A stretch of 32,000 nt of DNA from Psychrobacter sp. DM4 (GCF_051307035.1 NZ_CP195536.1:960001-992000), one strand, 5' to 3'; shown: positions 1 to 9,848, counted from the first letter of the stretch. A program made the numbers and translations. Notes: a model not told the origin generated them from the sequence alone.

Positions 1-1160
1 ATGCAGAAGGAAGCAATTTCATAAATTTTAAAATATGGTTTGAGAGTAATTATGAATTAGAAAGCTTTAAATATTTCGATGATTTTGAGGAGGTTTTTGA
101 AACTAAGAAACAGGAAGAGTATCTAGAATGGTGTGGTAATAATAGGCTCTTTATTAACGACTTAAACGATGTTTGTACATCTGAAGTTGTTTATCAAGAT
201 ATAATGACATTACCTTCAATTTCAGCTGAAATAAACATATCTTTAACTTTAGATGAAGAGCTTGTTTACCATGGCAATTTCGACGAAATCAAGAATGATT
301 ACTGCTACGCACGTTATCTAACATTTATTGCTCAAAATATGTCGAATGAAGAAGAGCATATATTTAATAAGACATATCCTCATGCTAACGATATATCTCA
401 CTCTATTACAAACATAAAAGCTAATCACTATAAAAGTGCTTTTAGAACTCTATATTCACTCTTTGATAAAATTGCATATTTTATTAATAGATTTTTTGAT
501 CTAAACAATATTGCAAAAGATCATAGAATTAGTTTTGATAGCCTTTTTAGACAGTTAAACAATAATAAAGGGTGGAAGCCGAACGACAAGCTCAGAGAAA
601 GTAATAACTATTTCATTCATGCATTATTCTATATTCTTAAAGACATTAAGGATGTAAAGGGAGTCACCCCTACAAGTCATTGGCTTGATCCCAATACGAA
701 AAAAATTTCAGAGATTAGAAACTCTATAGAACATCGTTCTTTAAAAATAGTCGATGATTTTGGAGACAAGTTAAACCAATTAGATAAGGTGTCCAAAGTA
801 TCTGAGCTGGAAAATATAAGAAGTGAAGTAATAGATTTAGAAAATAATATTGAAGTGTTAAGTGCTGAAATCACTGTGATAGGAAAAATAGAGAATAATG
901 CACTTAAGGAGCTTTTACAGAGCAAAATGCTAAACTTGAAAGATGATCTATTGGTTAAGAAATCAAAAGTTTATGAAAAGAATAAGCTTTCAAGTCATTC
1001 TTTGACTATTACAGAAAGTGACTTCAAAGAAAAGCTCATAACCTTGATGAAGCTTGTTCGTAACTCGATTATGTATATGTCATTGGCTATTCACTTAGAG
1101 GAAAGGAACAAGCTCAAGGATGATAGGCCTGTAATCAGTAGAGAGACACCTTTAAAATAG
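1..1160 (+). CDS. HEPN-domain protein (Rx4H motif, resembles the LA2681-like HEPN family), 5'-partial at the window edge, with a C-terminal coiled-coil segment
   Basis: Frame 3 is open from nt 3 to the stop at 1158-1160. Hand translation of 3-203 gives AEGSNFINFKIWFESNYELESFKYFDDFEEVFETKKQEEYLEWCGNNRLFINDLNDVCTSEVVYQDI with no stop. The first in-frame ATG (204) has no SD-like purine run upstream, so the gene probably starts left of the window. R-N-S-I-E-H (Rx4H) is encoded at 717-734, preceded by helical-looking 'AFRTLYSLFDKIAYFINRFF'. The heptad-like E/L/K/N-rich stretch 'LNQLDKVSKVSELENIRSEVIDLENNIEVLSAEI...KDDLLVKKSKVYEK' spans about nt 760-985. The family assignment is from memory of family consensus, not a search. 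Confidence 0.6.
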   Translation, partial: AEGSNFINFKIWFESNYELESFKYFDDFEEVFETKKQEEYLEWCGNNRLFINDLNDVCTSEVVYQDIMTLPSISAEINISLTLDEELVYHGNFDEIKNDYCYARYLTFIAQNMSNEEEHIFNKTYPHANDISHSITNIKANHYKSAFRTLYSLFDKIAYFINRFFDLNNIAKDHRISFDSLFRQLNNNKGWKPNDKLRESNNYFIHALFYILKDIKDVKGVTPTSHWLDPNTKKISEIRNSIEHRSLKIVDDFGDKLNQLDKVSKVSELENIRSEVIDLENNIEVLSAEITVIGKIENNALKELLQSKMLNLKDDLLVKKSKVYEKNKLSSHSLTITESDFKEKLITLMKLVRNSIMYMSLAIHLEERNKLKDDRPVISRETPLK

Positions 1161-1178
1161 CCATAAACATTCAAACAC

Positions 1179-1212
1179 AAAAAAACCTGCTAATAAGCAG
1201 GCTTTGATATTT
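1179..1212. terminator. Small hairpin terminator between the HEPN gene and the tRNA
   Basis: Stem CCTGCT (1186-1191) / AGCAGG (1196-1201) with loop AATA. An A-run (1179-1185) precedes it and T-rich 'ctttgatattt' follows, so it could work in either direction. Confidence 0.45.
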
Positions 1213-1236
1213 GGTCTAAGAAGTACTATCGAATAA

Positions 1237-1321
1237 TGGTGGGGCTGGAGAGACTCGAACTCTCACACCTTGCGGCGCCAGAACCTAAATCTGGTGCGTC
1301 TACCAATTCCGCCACAGCCCC
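1237..1321 (-). tRNA. tRNA-Leu, anticodon TAG (UAG), class II with long variable arm, encoded CCA
   Basis: The reverse complement folds by hand as a cloverleaf: acceptor GGGGCTG/CAGCCCC, D arm GCG-GAATTGGTAGA-CGC, anticodon stem CCAGA/TCTGG with loop TTTAGGT (anticodon TAG), variable arm CGCCGCAAGGTGT, T arm GAGAG-TTCGAGT-CTCTC, discriminator A, CCA. Confidence 0.93.
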
Positions 1322-1409
1322 ATTTTGGTCACTCTATCATTAAAAGCGTTTATATTCAAACGCTATCAAGACGAATAACTGATCCGGTAGTGCGTCTCAG
1401 TGGTTGGCT

Positions 1410-1437
1410 ATTATATAGAGTTTGACTGGTTTGGCAA
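1410..1437 (-). promoter_or_regulatory. Candidate sigma70 promoter for tRNA-Leu
   Basis: On the minus strand: TTGCCA (plus 1432-1437), a 16-nt spacer, then TATAAT (plus 1410-1415), about 88 nt upstream of the tRNA 5' end. A weaker alternative is TTGAAT (1354-1359) / TAGAGT (1331-1336). Motif match only. Confidence 0.3.
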
Positions 1438-1530
1438 CCCCTTTTGGTGATTATTTTTACTTTTTAGTAGTATTTCATTTTATATGAATAGTATTTAGCT
1501 GCTTTTAGATCGTTTTAGTTAGCGATACTG

Positions 1531-3186
1531 CTAGGACGGTATATCGAGTTGTCGTAATTTGCGAGTCAAAGTATTGCGGCCCCAGCCGAGCAAGTTGGCA
1601 GCCGCTATTTTTTTACCGCCCGTATGCTCAAGCGCTGCGGTTAGTAGGACACGCTCAAACTCAGGCATTGCAGTTTGCAAAATATCAGTCGCGCCTGATT
1701 GCAAAGCTTGCTGCGCCCAATCAGATAAGAGTAGTTGCCATTTATCAGGGTCATAAGAGTCAGACGCCGCCGCTATCGATGAAGGCTGACTGCTTTTTTG
1801 TGCATCGTCGCTAATGGACGTTTGAGCGAGCAGTTCAGGCGGCAAATCTTCACTCATAACGGTATCGCCTACTGTCATAACCGTGAGCCATAGGCAGACA
1901 TTCTCCAACTGACGGACATTACCACGCCACTCAAACCCTTGCATAATACGCATGGTGTCCGTGTGTAGCTGCTTTGGCTCTGTACTCATTTGCTCAGCTG
2001 CGCGCAGCATAAAGTAGTCCGCCAAGGCGTGAATATCATCGGTACGCGCGCGCAGTGGTGGTAGCGGCATACGGATGACATTGAGCCGATAGAATAGATC
2101 TTCACGAAACTTGCCTTGCTGAACTAAGTGCTCAAGGTTTTGATGCGTGGCGGCAATGATACGCACATCGACCTTGACGGGCTGCTGACCACCAACTCGA
2201 TAAAACTCCCCATTTGCTAACACTCGTAACAGCCTAGTTTGAGTGCTAAACGGCATATCACCGATTTCATCAAGGAATAGTGTGCCACCGTTCGCTTGTT
2301 CAAAGCGTCCTTGCCTACGCGTAGTCGCTCCTGTGAACGCGCCTTTTTCGTGTCCAAATAGCTCAGACTCAATCAAATCATGCGGGATTGCCGCCATATT
2401 TAGTGCGATAAAAGGCTGCTGCGCACGCGGCGAATGTTGATGTAGTGCCTCTGCAACAAGCTCTTTGCCCGTACCTGATTCTCCTGTAATGAGAACGGTA
2501 ATCGGGGAATGTGCCAGACGTCCGATAGCACGAAAGACTGTTTGCATCGCTTGCGACTGACCAATAATACCGCTGGGATTGGTGTTGGTGTCATTAGTAG
2601 CTTCAACTTGAGACAGTTTTTTTACTTGATGTTTAGGTTTTGCTTGAGCTGGCTTATCTTTTTTTACAAATGTCTTTTTTGTGTCATCTTCCATCACCGT
2701 TTTTTTGTCATCGTCAGTGGGCTGGGGGTCATTGCTGGTATTATTCGTTGGTTGATACTCGATAGCTTTATGAATCGTCGCGACGGCATCGTCCAAATCA
2801 AAAGGCTTGGGCAGATACTCAAACGCGCCTGCTTGATAGCTATTAACTGCCGAGGTAATGTCTGAATGCGCGGTCATAATGACAATAGGTATATCAGGGA
2901 AGTGCTGGTGCACCCAGTCGCTAAAAGATAAACCGTCCATCATCGGCATACGAATATCGGTCAAAATCACATCAGGTAAAGATCGCGATTCGCGCTGCTC
3001 TAAGATATCATTGAGGCGCGTCCATGCCGCTTGCGCTTGGGTAAAGCTAATGACGTTAAAGTTGGCATCGGTAAAGGTATCGGCAAGTATGAGGCGCAGT
3101 GCGGCGTCGTCATCGATCAGCCACAGAGTTGCGATAGTTTTTGCTATAGGTGACAAATTATGAGTATTTTTGCTAGGTTCAGTCAT
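1531..3186 (-). CDS. ntrC: Sigma54-dependent nitrogen regulation response regulator NtrC (receiver + AAA+ + HTH)
   Basis: Receiver domain (LIDDD...[10 protein letters not shown]...KPFD). The AAA+ core '[53 protein letters not shown]' is almost identical to enteric NtrC, including the GAFTGA loop. C-terminal Fis-type HTH '[20 protein letters not shown]'. It lies directly downstream of ntrB. Confidence 0.92.
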   Translation of the reverse strand: MTEPSKNTHNLSPIAKTIATLWLIDDDAALRLILADTFTDANFNVISFTQAQAAWTRLNDILEQRESRSLPDVILTDIRMPMMDGLSFSDWVHQHFPDIPIVIMTAHSDITSAVNSYQAGAFEYLPKPFDLDDAVATIHKAIEYQPTNNTSNDPQPTDDDKKTVMEDDTKKTFVKKDKPAQAKPKHQVKKLSQVEATNDTNTNPSGIIGQSQAMQTVFRAIGRLAHSPITVLITGESGTGKELVAEALHQHSPRAQQPFIALNMAAIPHDLIESELFGHEKGAFTGATTRRQGRFEQANGGTLFLDEIGDMPFSTQTRLLRVLANGEFYRVGGQQPVKVDVRIIAATHQNLEHLVQQGKFREDLFYRLNVIRMPLPPLRARTDDIHALADYFMLRAAEQMSTEPKQLHTDTMRIMQGFEWRGNVRQLENVCLWLTVMTVGDTVMSEDLPPELLAQTSISDDAQKSSQPSSIAAASDSYDPDKWQLLLSDWAQQALQSGATDILQTAMPEFERVLLTAALEHTGGKKIAAANLLGWGRNTLTRKLRQLDIPS

Positions 3187-3217
3187 TTTATAGGCCTAAA
3201 GAGCGGATGGTTTATCA

Positions 3218-4543
3218 TTATTTTTGTATTGAATTTACTATATCGCTTGGTTGTTCAAAGGGCAGATATACCGTAAAACGCGTTTGACCGAGATTTAGAT
3301 AGGGTTCTGAGTGCTGCGCTAAGTTTTGGTCTGATGTAACCTCAATCATACCATGATGGCGATGCACGATATCTTGTACAATGGATAATCCAAGCCCTGT
3401 GCCCGTTGCGCGGCTAGTGACCATCGGAAAAAATATCTGTTCAATAAGTGAAGGGTCAATCCCTGAGCCATTGTCTGTGATAGCGACTTGTAGCACTTGT
3501 CTGTGCTGCTGATGACCGATAGTGTGCTGAAAGGCCACCCGCGTTTGAAGGTGTAGCCTAGCGGATTGAGTCTGCACATCATACTGCTTTTCACTCATGG
3601 CTTCGCAGGCATTATTAATAAGGTTTAAAAAAACTTGAATCAGCTGATCTTTGTCAGCGCAGAGTTCAGGCAATGACAAGTCATAATCACGTTCTACGTG
3701 TATCTTGGGGTACTGACTAAGTACAAGTGTTAGCACATGCTCAAGCGATTCGTGAATATTTAGAGTTCGCCAATCTGGCAGTTGATTGGATCCAAGCAAT
3801 TGACCGATAAGAGCAGTCAAACGATCGGTCTCTGAGATGATAATATCAGTATAACTACGCAGCTTTTGCGCTACTGTGCGAGTAGCAGATTCAGTAATAG
3901 TAAGGTCATTAGCCGTAGAGTGTCTATGTGACGAGCTGTCGTTTGCACTATCGTCGTATAATTTATTGAATTGCCGCTGTAGCAATTGCGCGGCGCCACG
4001 AATACCAGCTAATGGGTTTTTGACCTCATGAGCGACCGAGCGCAGCATTTGCCGCGCCACTTCGTACTGCTGCTGCTTGCGCTGATCTTTTGTGATACGA
4101 CTCTGACGATTCTTGCCCCACATCTCTACAATAAAAAATGGTTTTTGCTCATAAATGACAGGCGTAACACTATAGTCAACAGACAATACCGCACCATTGC
4201 TTAATGACGAGCTAATGATATGGTCATGATCGATAAAAGGCTGCTGGTAGTGCTGGGATTGCGCAAACCGCTCTTTTAAAGAGCACGTTTTGGTAGCTGT
4301 GTTCGTTATACCGAAATCGTCTGACCTATCTTGTATCTCATTTGACGCTAGCAGCGTGAGAATGGAGTGGTTTAATAGCCGTGCGCGGCTAATAGCCAGT
4401 AATTGCTCGGTTTGCGGATTGATCCATTGAACCACCAGCGCTTCATCGACCCATAGCACTGCGGTAAATAAGTGTTGGGAGATAAAGGCCGTTTGTGACT
4501 CATTAAGGCTTGGTGTATCAGTTGTTACAATAGAGTTGTCCAT
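3218..4543 (-). CDS. ntrB: Nitrogen regulation sensor histidine kinase NtrB (PAS + HisKA + HATPase)
   Basis: NtrB-type H-box 'HEVKNPLAGIRGAAQLL'. N box 'LNLINNACEA', G boxes 'DNGSGI' and 'GTGLGLSI'. Sits 31 nt upstream of ntrC. Confidence 0.88.
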   Translation of the reverse strand: MDNSIVTTDTPSLNESQTAFISQHLFTAVLWVDEALVVQWINPQTEQLLAISRARLLNHSILTLLASNEIQDRSDDFGITNTATKTCSLKERFAQSQHYQQPFIDHDHIISSSLSNGAVLSVDYSVTPVIYEQKPFFIVEMWGKNRQSRITKDQRKQQQYEVARQMLRSVAHEVKNPLAGIRGAAQLLQRQFNKLYDDSANDSSSHRHSTANDLTITESATRTVAQKLRSYTDIIISETDRLTALIGQLLGSNQLPDWRTLNIHESLEHVLTLVLSQYPKIHVERDYDLSLPELCADKDQLIQVFLNLINNACEAMSEKQYDVQTQSARLHLQTRVAFQHTIGHQQHRQVLQVAITDNGSGIDPSLIEQIFFPMVTSRATGTGLGLSIVQDIVHRHHGMIEVTSDQNLAQHSEPYLNLGQTRFTVYLPFEQPSDIVNSIQK

Positions 4544-4692
4544 AAAATCAGCATGTCATTAAGCAGTAAAGTGAATAAATAAGTTTTCAGTCGTAAAGAT
4601 TCTAATATTTAACCACAAATCAAAAGCTTGATGTCAAAACTGTGAGGTATATCAGGCTTTTAAACTGGTGATTTGACTAAAAAAAACGTACA

Positions 4693-6258
4693 ATGCGCAC
4701 AGTTATTTTATCTCAAGCAAGGTCAGCTATGTCCAAAATCTCAACCGAATCGATGACGACAAGTAGTAAACTGCCGACAGCGTTACAAGACACTGCCACC
4801 ATCTTCAATCCTGCTCAAGTACAAGCGCCGCAACAGCCTTATCATCATAAAGCCAATCACAACCAAAATCGTAGTATCGAGCAAAGTGCTGAGGCAAAAG
4901 TTAGTGCACCTGTGAACGCTGCGCCAAAGATCGGTTTCGTATCGCTTGGCTGCCCAAAGGCCTTGGTCGATAGCGAGCGTATTATTACAGAACTCACGCG
5001 TGATGGCTATCAAGTGGCAAGCGATTATGCGGGTGCTGACTTGGTTGTGGTTAATACTTGCGGCTTTATCGAGTCAGCGGTACAAGAGTCACTGGACGCG
5101 ATTGGCGAGGCAATTAGCAAAAACGGCAAAGTTATCGTCACTGGATGCTTGGGTAAGGAGGCGGACAAAATCCGTCAAATGCATCCCGCTGTGCTAGCGG
5201 TAACAGGTGCTCATGCCTATGATGAAGTGATTACCGCAGTTGGTCAGCATGTGCCCAAACCTAAGCGCGAAGCAGATGAGAACTACGATCCAAAGATAGA
5301 CCTAATCAACGAGGCGGGTATCAAATTAACCCCAAGCCACTATGCGTATCTAAAGATATCAGAGGGCTGTAATCATCGCTGCACGTTTTGCATTATTCCA
5401 AGTTTGCGCGGTGATCTGGTTTCGCGCCCCATTGATAGCGTCATGAATGAAGCGATGGCGCTTAAAAATGCTGGCGTCAAAGAGCTGCTCATTATCTCAC
5501 AAGACACCTCAGCTTATGGTCTTGATCTCAAATACAAGACTAGCTTTTGGAATGGTATGCCGCTCAAGTCCAAGTTTTATGACCTGTGCCAAGCGTTGAA
5601 CGATTTGGGCATTTGGGTACGATTGCATTACGTTTATCCTTATCCGCATGTCGATAAAGTCGTTGAGCTGATGGGCGAGGGCAAGCTTTTGCCTTATCTC
5701 GATATTCCGTTTCAACACGCCAGTCATAGTATATTAAAAGCCATGAAACGCCCCGCCCATAGCGAAAACACTTTGGCACGTATTCACAAATGGCGTGAGA
5801 TTTGCCCTGAGATTGTCATTCGATCGACCTTTGTCGTCGGTTTCCCAGGTGAGACTGAAGACGACTTTCAATGCTTGCTTGATTGGCTCACTGAGGCGCG
5901 TCTTGATCGCGTCGGCGCGTTTACGTATTCAGAAGTTGAAGGCGCTGTTGCCAACGACTTGCCTAATCACGTACCAGAAGATGTCAAGCAATCTCGCTAC
6001 GAGCGTCTGATGACGCTACAACAAGATATCTCAGCGCAAAAATTACAAGAAAAAATTGGTAGAACCTTAATGGTACTCGTCGATGAAATAGACTTTGAGG
6101 AAGGTGTCGCTATTTGTCGCAGTTATGCGGACGCACCTGAGATTGACGGTCATGTCTATGTTGATGATATTGATGCTACTGTCAAAGTGGGTCAGTTCTT
6201 AACGGTCACTATCGATGATGCTAGTGAATATGATTTGTTTGCCAGTTATCAAGGTTAA
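4693..6258 (+). CDS. rimO: Ribosomal protein S12 methylthiotransferase RimO (radical SAM, MTTase + TRAM)
   Basis: '[20 protein letters not shown]...[23 protein letters not shown]...[10 protein letters not shown]' and radical-SAM '[11 protein letters not shown]'. The conserved part starts at aa 78. The true start may be ATG 4729 (MSKIST..., preceded by 'caagg'). Confidence 0.9.
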   Translation: MRTVILSQARSAMSKISTESMTTSSKLPTALQDTATIFNPAQVQAPQQPYHHKANHNQNRSIEQSAEAKVSAPVNAAPKIGFVSLGCPKALVDSERIITELTRDGYQVASDYAGADLVVVNTCGFIESAVQESLDAIGEAISKNGKVIVTGCLGKEADKIRQMHPAVLAVTGAHAYDEVITAVGQHVPKPKREADENYDPKIDLINEAGIKLTPSHYAYLKISEGCNHRCTFCIIPSLRGDLVSRPIDSVMNEAMALKNAGVKELLIISQDTSAYGLDLKYKTSFWNGMPLKSKFYDLCQALNDLGIWVRLHYVYPYPHVDKVVELMGEGKLLPYLDIPFQHASHSILKAMKRPAHSENTLARIHKWREICPEIVIRSTFVVGFPGETEDDFQCLLDWLTEARLDRVGAFTYSEVEGAVANDLPNHVPEDVKQSRYERLMTLQQDISAQKLQEKIGRTLMVLVDEIDFEEGVAICRSYADAPEIDGHVYVDDIDATVKVGQFLTVTIDDASEYDLFASYQG

Positions 6259-6508
6259 ATTAACAAGGTATAAGATCTAGAGTGTCAAGATAGACAGCGC
6301 TTGAATACTCAATTACCTATAGGCTTGGCCTAAGCGATGGCTATCGATATATACGATGACAAACACCGATGAAAATTGCCCAAATGCGGGTAGTTTTTGC
6401 TACAATTAGCGCAATTTAGCGTTAGTATAATAGCCGATCTCAAAATCGGTGGAATATGCAAATGCTACATAATTTTACTAAACCACTTAACGATAACAAG
6501 GTGCTCCT

Positions 6509-7234
6509 ATGTCTGATAAAAACCCTCTTTATTCTCGTATTTTGCTAAAGTTATCAGGTGAGGCCTTGGCGGGTGGCAAAGACATGGGTATTGATACCGC
6601 AGTGCTCGATAAGATGAGCTTGTCCATCGCGCATTTGCGTGGACTTGGGGTACAAGTCGGTATCGTTGTTGGTGGTGGCAACTTATATCGCGGCGCTCAA
6701 CTACAAAAAGAGGGCTTGGTTGGTCGCGTCACCGGTGATCAGATGGGTATGCTTGCGACGGTCATGAATGGCCTTGCAATGCGTGATGCGCTTGAGCGCC
6801 GTAATATAAAAACACGCCTGATGTCAGCCTTGCCTATTGGTGAAGTAACCGAAAGCTATAGCAGCCGCAATGCGATCCGCTATCTCAAAAACGGCGAAGT
6901 TTGTATCTTTGTGGCAGGTACAGGCAATCCATTCTTTACCACTGACACTGCCGCTTGCTTGCGCGGAATTGAGATCGAAGCAGGTCTTATCCTAAAGGCA
7001 ACCAAAGTCGACGGCGTTTATGATAAAGACCCAAGCTTACATAATGATGCGGTCAAATACGACGGTCTGACCTTTGATGAAGTGCTAGAGCAAAAGCTTG
7101 GCGTCATGGATTTAACCGCGATTGCCCTCTGTCGTGAGCACAACGTGCCTCTACAAGTATTCGATATGACCAAGCCTAATGCCTTGCTCAATGTCGTTAT
7201 GGGTGAAAACGAAGGCACACGCGTCTACCACTAA
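6509..7234 (+). CDS. pyrH: UMP kinase
   Basis: '[10 protein letters not shown]...[10 protein letters not shown]...[12 protein letters not shown]...[12 protein letters not shown]', RBS 'aaggtg', and the conserved pyrH-frr order. Confidence 0.95.
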   Translation: MSDKNPLYSRILLKLSGEALAGGKDMGIDTAVLDKMSLSIAHLRGLGVQVGIVVGGGNLYRGAQLQKEGLVGRVTGDQMGMLATVMNGLAMRDALERRNIKTRLMSALPIGEVTESYSSRNAIRYLKNGEVCIFVAGTGNPFFTTDTAACLRGIEIEAGLILKATKVDGVYDKDPSLHNDAVKYDGLTFDEVLEQKLGVMDLTAIALCREHNVPLQVFDMTKPNALLNVVMGENEGTRVYH

Positions 7235-7358
7235 TCAATAAAACTAATGCATAATTGGTGCAAAGCGCTCATACATAGTGCTTATACCTTGTGTTTATAC
7301 CATACACTAAAACAGTTAGTACTCACTACAAGATATTATAGATAAAAAAGGATCTATT

Positions 7359-7913
7359 ATGATTAAAGAGATTAAGCAAGACGGTGACGCACGCATGGCA
7401 AAAACACTAGAGGCGCTTGAGAACACCTTTAGTAAAGTCCGTACTGGCCGCGCGCATGCTGGCATGTTGTCAGGTATCATGGTCAGCTACTACGGTGCGC
7501 CAACACCACTCAATCAAGTCGCTAGTGTCAATGTTGAGGACTCGCGTACATTACTTGTGCAGCCCTTTGATCGCACTATGGTACAAGCGGTGGACAAGGC
7601 TATTCGAGAAGCAGATTTGGGTCTGAACCCGATGACCGCTGATGTGATTCGCGTACCAATGCCAGCACTCACAGAAGAGACGCGCCGCGATATGCAAAAG
7701 CTAGCACGCGGTGAGGCTGAGAACAGCCGCGTCTCTATCCGTAATATTCGCCGTGATATGATGAATGACATCAAAGAATTAGCAAAAGAAAAAGAGATCT
7801 CAGAGGACGATGAGCGCCGCGCTAATGACGATATTCAAAAAATTACTGATAAATATATCGAGACTATTGATAGCCGTTTAAGTAAAAAAGAAAGCGACTT
7901 GATGGAAGTATAA
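7359..7913 (+). CDS. frr: Ribosome recycling factor
   Basis: 184 aa with '[14 protein letters not shown]...LNQVASV...[10 protein letters not shown]', RBS 'aagga'. Confidence 0.95.
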   Translation: MIKEIKQDGDARMAKTLEALENTFSKVRTGRAHAGMLSGIMVSYYGAPTPLNQVASVNVEDSRTLLVQPFDRTMVQAVDKAIREADLGLNPMTADVIRVPMPALTEETRRDMQKLARGEAENSRVSIRNIRRDMMNDIKELAKEKEISEDDERRANDDIQKITDKYIETIDSRLSKKESDLMEV

Positions 7914-7930
7914 CCGCATTTTTATCCTTG

Positions 7931-7973
7931 ATAACAAACAGCCTATAGTGTGATGCTATAGGCTGTTTGTTAT
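7931..7973 (+). terminator. Long perfect hairpin after frr
   Basis: Perfect 18-bp inverted repeat ATAACAAACAGCCTATAG (7931-7948) / CTATAGGCTGTTTGTTAT (7956-7973) with loop TGTGATG. The T residues are partly inside the 3' arm and there is no long T-run. Confidence 0.6.
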
Positions 7974-8198
7974 ATAGCAATAACCGTCAAGCCGTATCTA
8001 CTCCTTGATATCGAGGACTGACCATACCTTTTATACTCGATATAAATTGAGTATAAAAAAGTACTTTTAAACGTCATAGTAAGATTTTTTAACGGGTAAC
8101 CCCATTTATGATAAGTTTGTGAAATACTAGCGCAAGGCTTTTGCTCCGATATAGAGCACGCTATGATAACCTGACTATCACAACAAGTAGACGACCTC

Positions 8199-8963
8199 AT
8201 GTCCACATTGAACAACACTCAAGCTCACGATCAGGCTCTTTTGCCGCGTCATATTGCGATCATAATGGATGGCAATAACCGCTATGGCGACCATCATAAG
8301 CTCGCTAAAGGCGAGGGGCACATCGCAGGCAAAGATGCTCTAGATCCTATCGTTGAATACTGCGTGAGCACAGGTATTGAAGTATTGACCGTTTTTGCTT
8401 TTTCGAGTGAAAACTGGCAAAGACCGCCCAATGAGGTGGCGCTATTGATGCGCTTACTGGCTCTGACTATCAACGAGCAGATGCCAAGAATGCAAAAGCA
8501 TCGTATTCGTCTGCGTTTTATTGGTGATCGCAGTCAGCTCAGTGATGAGTTACAAAATTTGATGACTGACGCGGAAACCAAAACCGCTGACTTTGAGGCG
8601 ATGACTTTGGTTATTGCCATCAGCTATGGCGGACAGTGGGACGTAGCACATGCCACAAAAATGCTTGCTAAGCAGGTGCTGGCAGGACAGTTACAAATTG
8701 AAGATATCAATAAGGAGCGCCTAGCTGAGCAGGTACAACTGGCTGACGCACCAGCGGTGGATATGCTCATTCGTACGGGCGGCGAGTATCGGCTATCCAA
8801 CTTTTTACTCTGGCAGTCAGCATATGCAGAGCTATTTTTTACCCAAACCTTGTGGCCAGATTTTACCTCACAAGAGCTTGAAACCATGATCAATGATTTC
8901 GCGCAGCGTCAGCGCCGCTTTGGCAAGACTAGTGAGCAAGTACAAGTGCAAGATCTATCTTGA
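8199..8963 (+). CDS. uppS: Ditrans,polycis-undecaprenyl-diphosphate synthase
   Basis: 'PRHIAIIMDGNNRY...VLTVFAFSSENWQRP...IRTGGEYRLSNFLLWQSAYAELFF'. Confidence 0.93.
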   Translation: MSTLNNTQAHDQALLPRHIAIIMDGNNRYGDHHKLAKGEGHIAGKDALDPIVEYCVSTGIEVLTVFAFSSENWQRPPNEVALLMRLLALTINEQMPRMQKHRIRLRFIGDRSQLSDELQNLMTDAETKTADFEAMTLVIAISYGGQWDVAHATKMLAKQVLAGQLQIEDINKERLAEQVQLADAPAVDMLIRTGGEYRLSNFLLWQSAYAELFFTQTLWPDFTSQELETMINDFAQRQRRFGKTSEQVQVQDLS

Positions 8964-9038
8964 GGGCTCTGGTATTTTAGAGACGGTTTTTACTGCTATA
9001 CTATGGACATTTTTTAACGTTTATAAGGTTCGATAACC

Positions 9039-9848
9039 ATGTGGCAACGGATTAAAACGGCAATTGTTCTTATTATTATCGTTGGTATTGCACTGTTTGC
9101 CAGTCAAGAGCCTTATCTGATTGCTCCATTGTTGGCTATTGGTGTGACTATCTCTGCTCATGAATGGACCAAATTGATGCCCAAGTGGCGTCAGCCTGCG
9201 GTCTTTGTATTCATGGTGTTGATGGTGACGCTAGTTTCGTTATTGTTCAAAGTCACTTGGATAGGCTGGTGGATTGCCTCATTAATCATATGGATCATGG
9301 CTCTATCATGGGTGAGACACTTTCCCACGCATACCAATTGGTATGGTGAGCAGCTGGCATTGATGGGCGTGGTTATCTTAACCTCCTCTATTACTGCGAT
9401 GTTCTATTTGTGGCAGCTATCGCCGTGGTGGCTACTCTATGTTTTCTTATTAGTATGGTGCGCAGACAGCGGCGCTTATTTTGTTGGGCGTAAGCTTGGC
9501 AAGCGTAAGATGGCGCCGAACGTCTCTCCTAATAAAAGCATGGAGGGGCTGGCAGGTGGACTGGTCACAGGACTGTTAGTGGTGCTAGCCATTAGCATCT
9601 TTAAATTGCAGTTGACGGGTTTAGCTCTGGTAGCCTTTGTCGCCTTATCAGCGGTCACTATATTAATCTCTGTACTCGGTGATTTGTTTGAGTCTATGCT
9701 CAAGCGCCGCGCGAAAGTCAAAGATTCAGGTACTATTTTGCCAGGTCATGGCGGGATACTAGACCGTATCGACTCGCTGTTGTCCGCAACGCCTCTATTT
9801 GCGCTTGGTTTTTGGGCGCTACAATATTCAGGCCTATTGATCGTCTAA
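9039..9848 (+). CDS. cdsA: Phosphatidate cytidylyltransferase (CDP-diglyceride synthase)
   Basis: Polytopic membrane protein with 'DSGAYFVGRKLGKRKMAPNVSPNKSMEG' and 'GHGGILDRIDS'. Conserved position after uppS. Confidence 0.9.
   Translation: MWQRIKTAIVLIIIVGIALFASQEPYLIAPLLAIGVTISAHEWTKLMPKWRQPAVFVFMVLMVTLVSLLFKVTWIGWWIASLIIWIMALSWVRHFPTHTNWYGEQLALMGVVILTSSITAMFYLWQLSPWWLLYVFLLVWCADSGAYFVGRKLGKRKMAPNVSPNKSMEGLAGGLVTGLLVVLAISIFKLQLTGLALVAFVALSAVTILISVLGDLFESMLKRRAKVKDSGTILPGHGGILDRIDSLLSATPLFALGFWALQYSGLLIV

Noticed and set aside
677-925. 82-aa minus-strand ORF inside the HEPN gene
   Set aside because: It is entirely antisense to a longer ORF in AT-rich DNA and its S/L/F/I-rich translation is typical of a shadow frame. 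No RBS was seen.
1344-1363. Hairpin AGCGTTT-ATATTC-AAACGCT just upstream of the tRNA 5' end, considered as the ntrC terminator
   Set aside because: The stem is short (7 bp) and AT-rich with only a 3-4 nt T-run. It lies 170 nt from the ntrC stop and overlaps a possible proximal tRNA promoter, so the evidence is insufficient to call a terminator.
1559-3163. Plus-strand ORFs (1559-1756, 2243-2440, 2509-2865, 2858-3163) and the minus-strand 2400-2606 ORF within ntrC
   Set aside because: All are nested in or antisense to a very well-supported NtrC reading frame. Their Cys/Arg/Ser-rich or poly-F translations look like frame shadows.
7970-8218. 82-aa minus-strand ORF in the frr-uppS spacer
   Set aside because: It overlaps the uppS start and runs into the frr terminator. 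It has no RBS and no recognisable motif, so it is most likely spurious.
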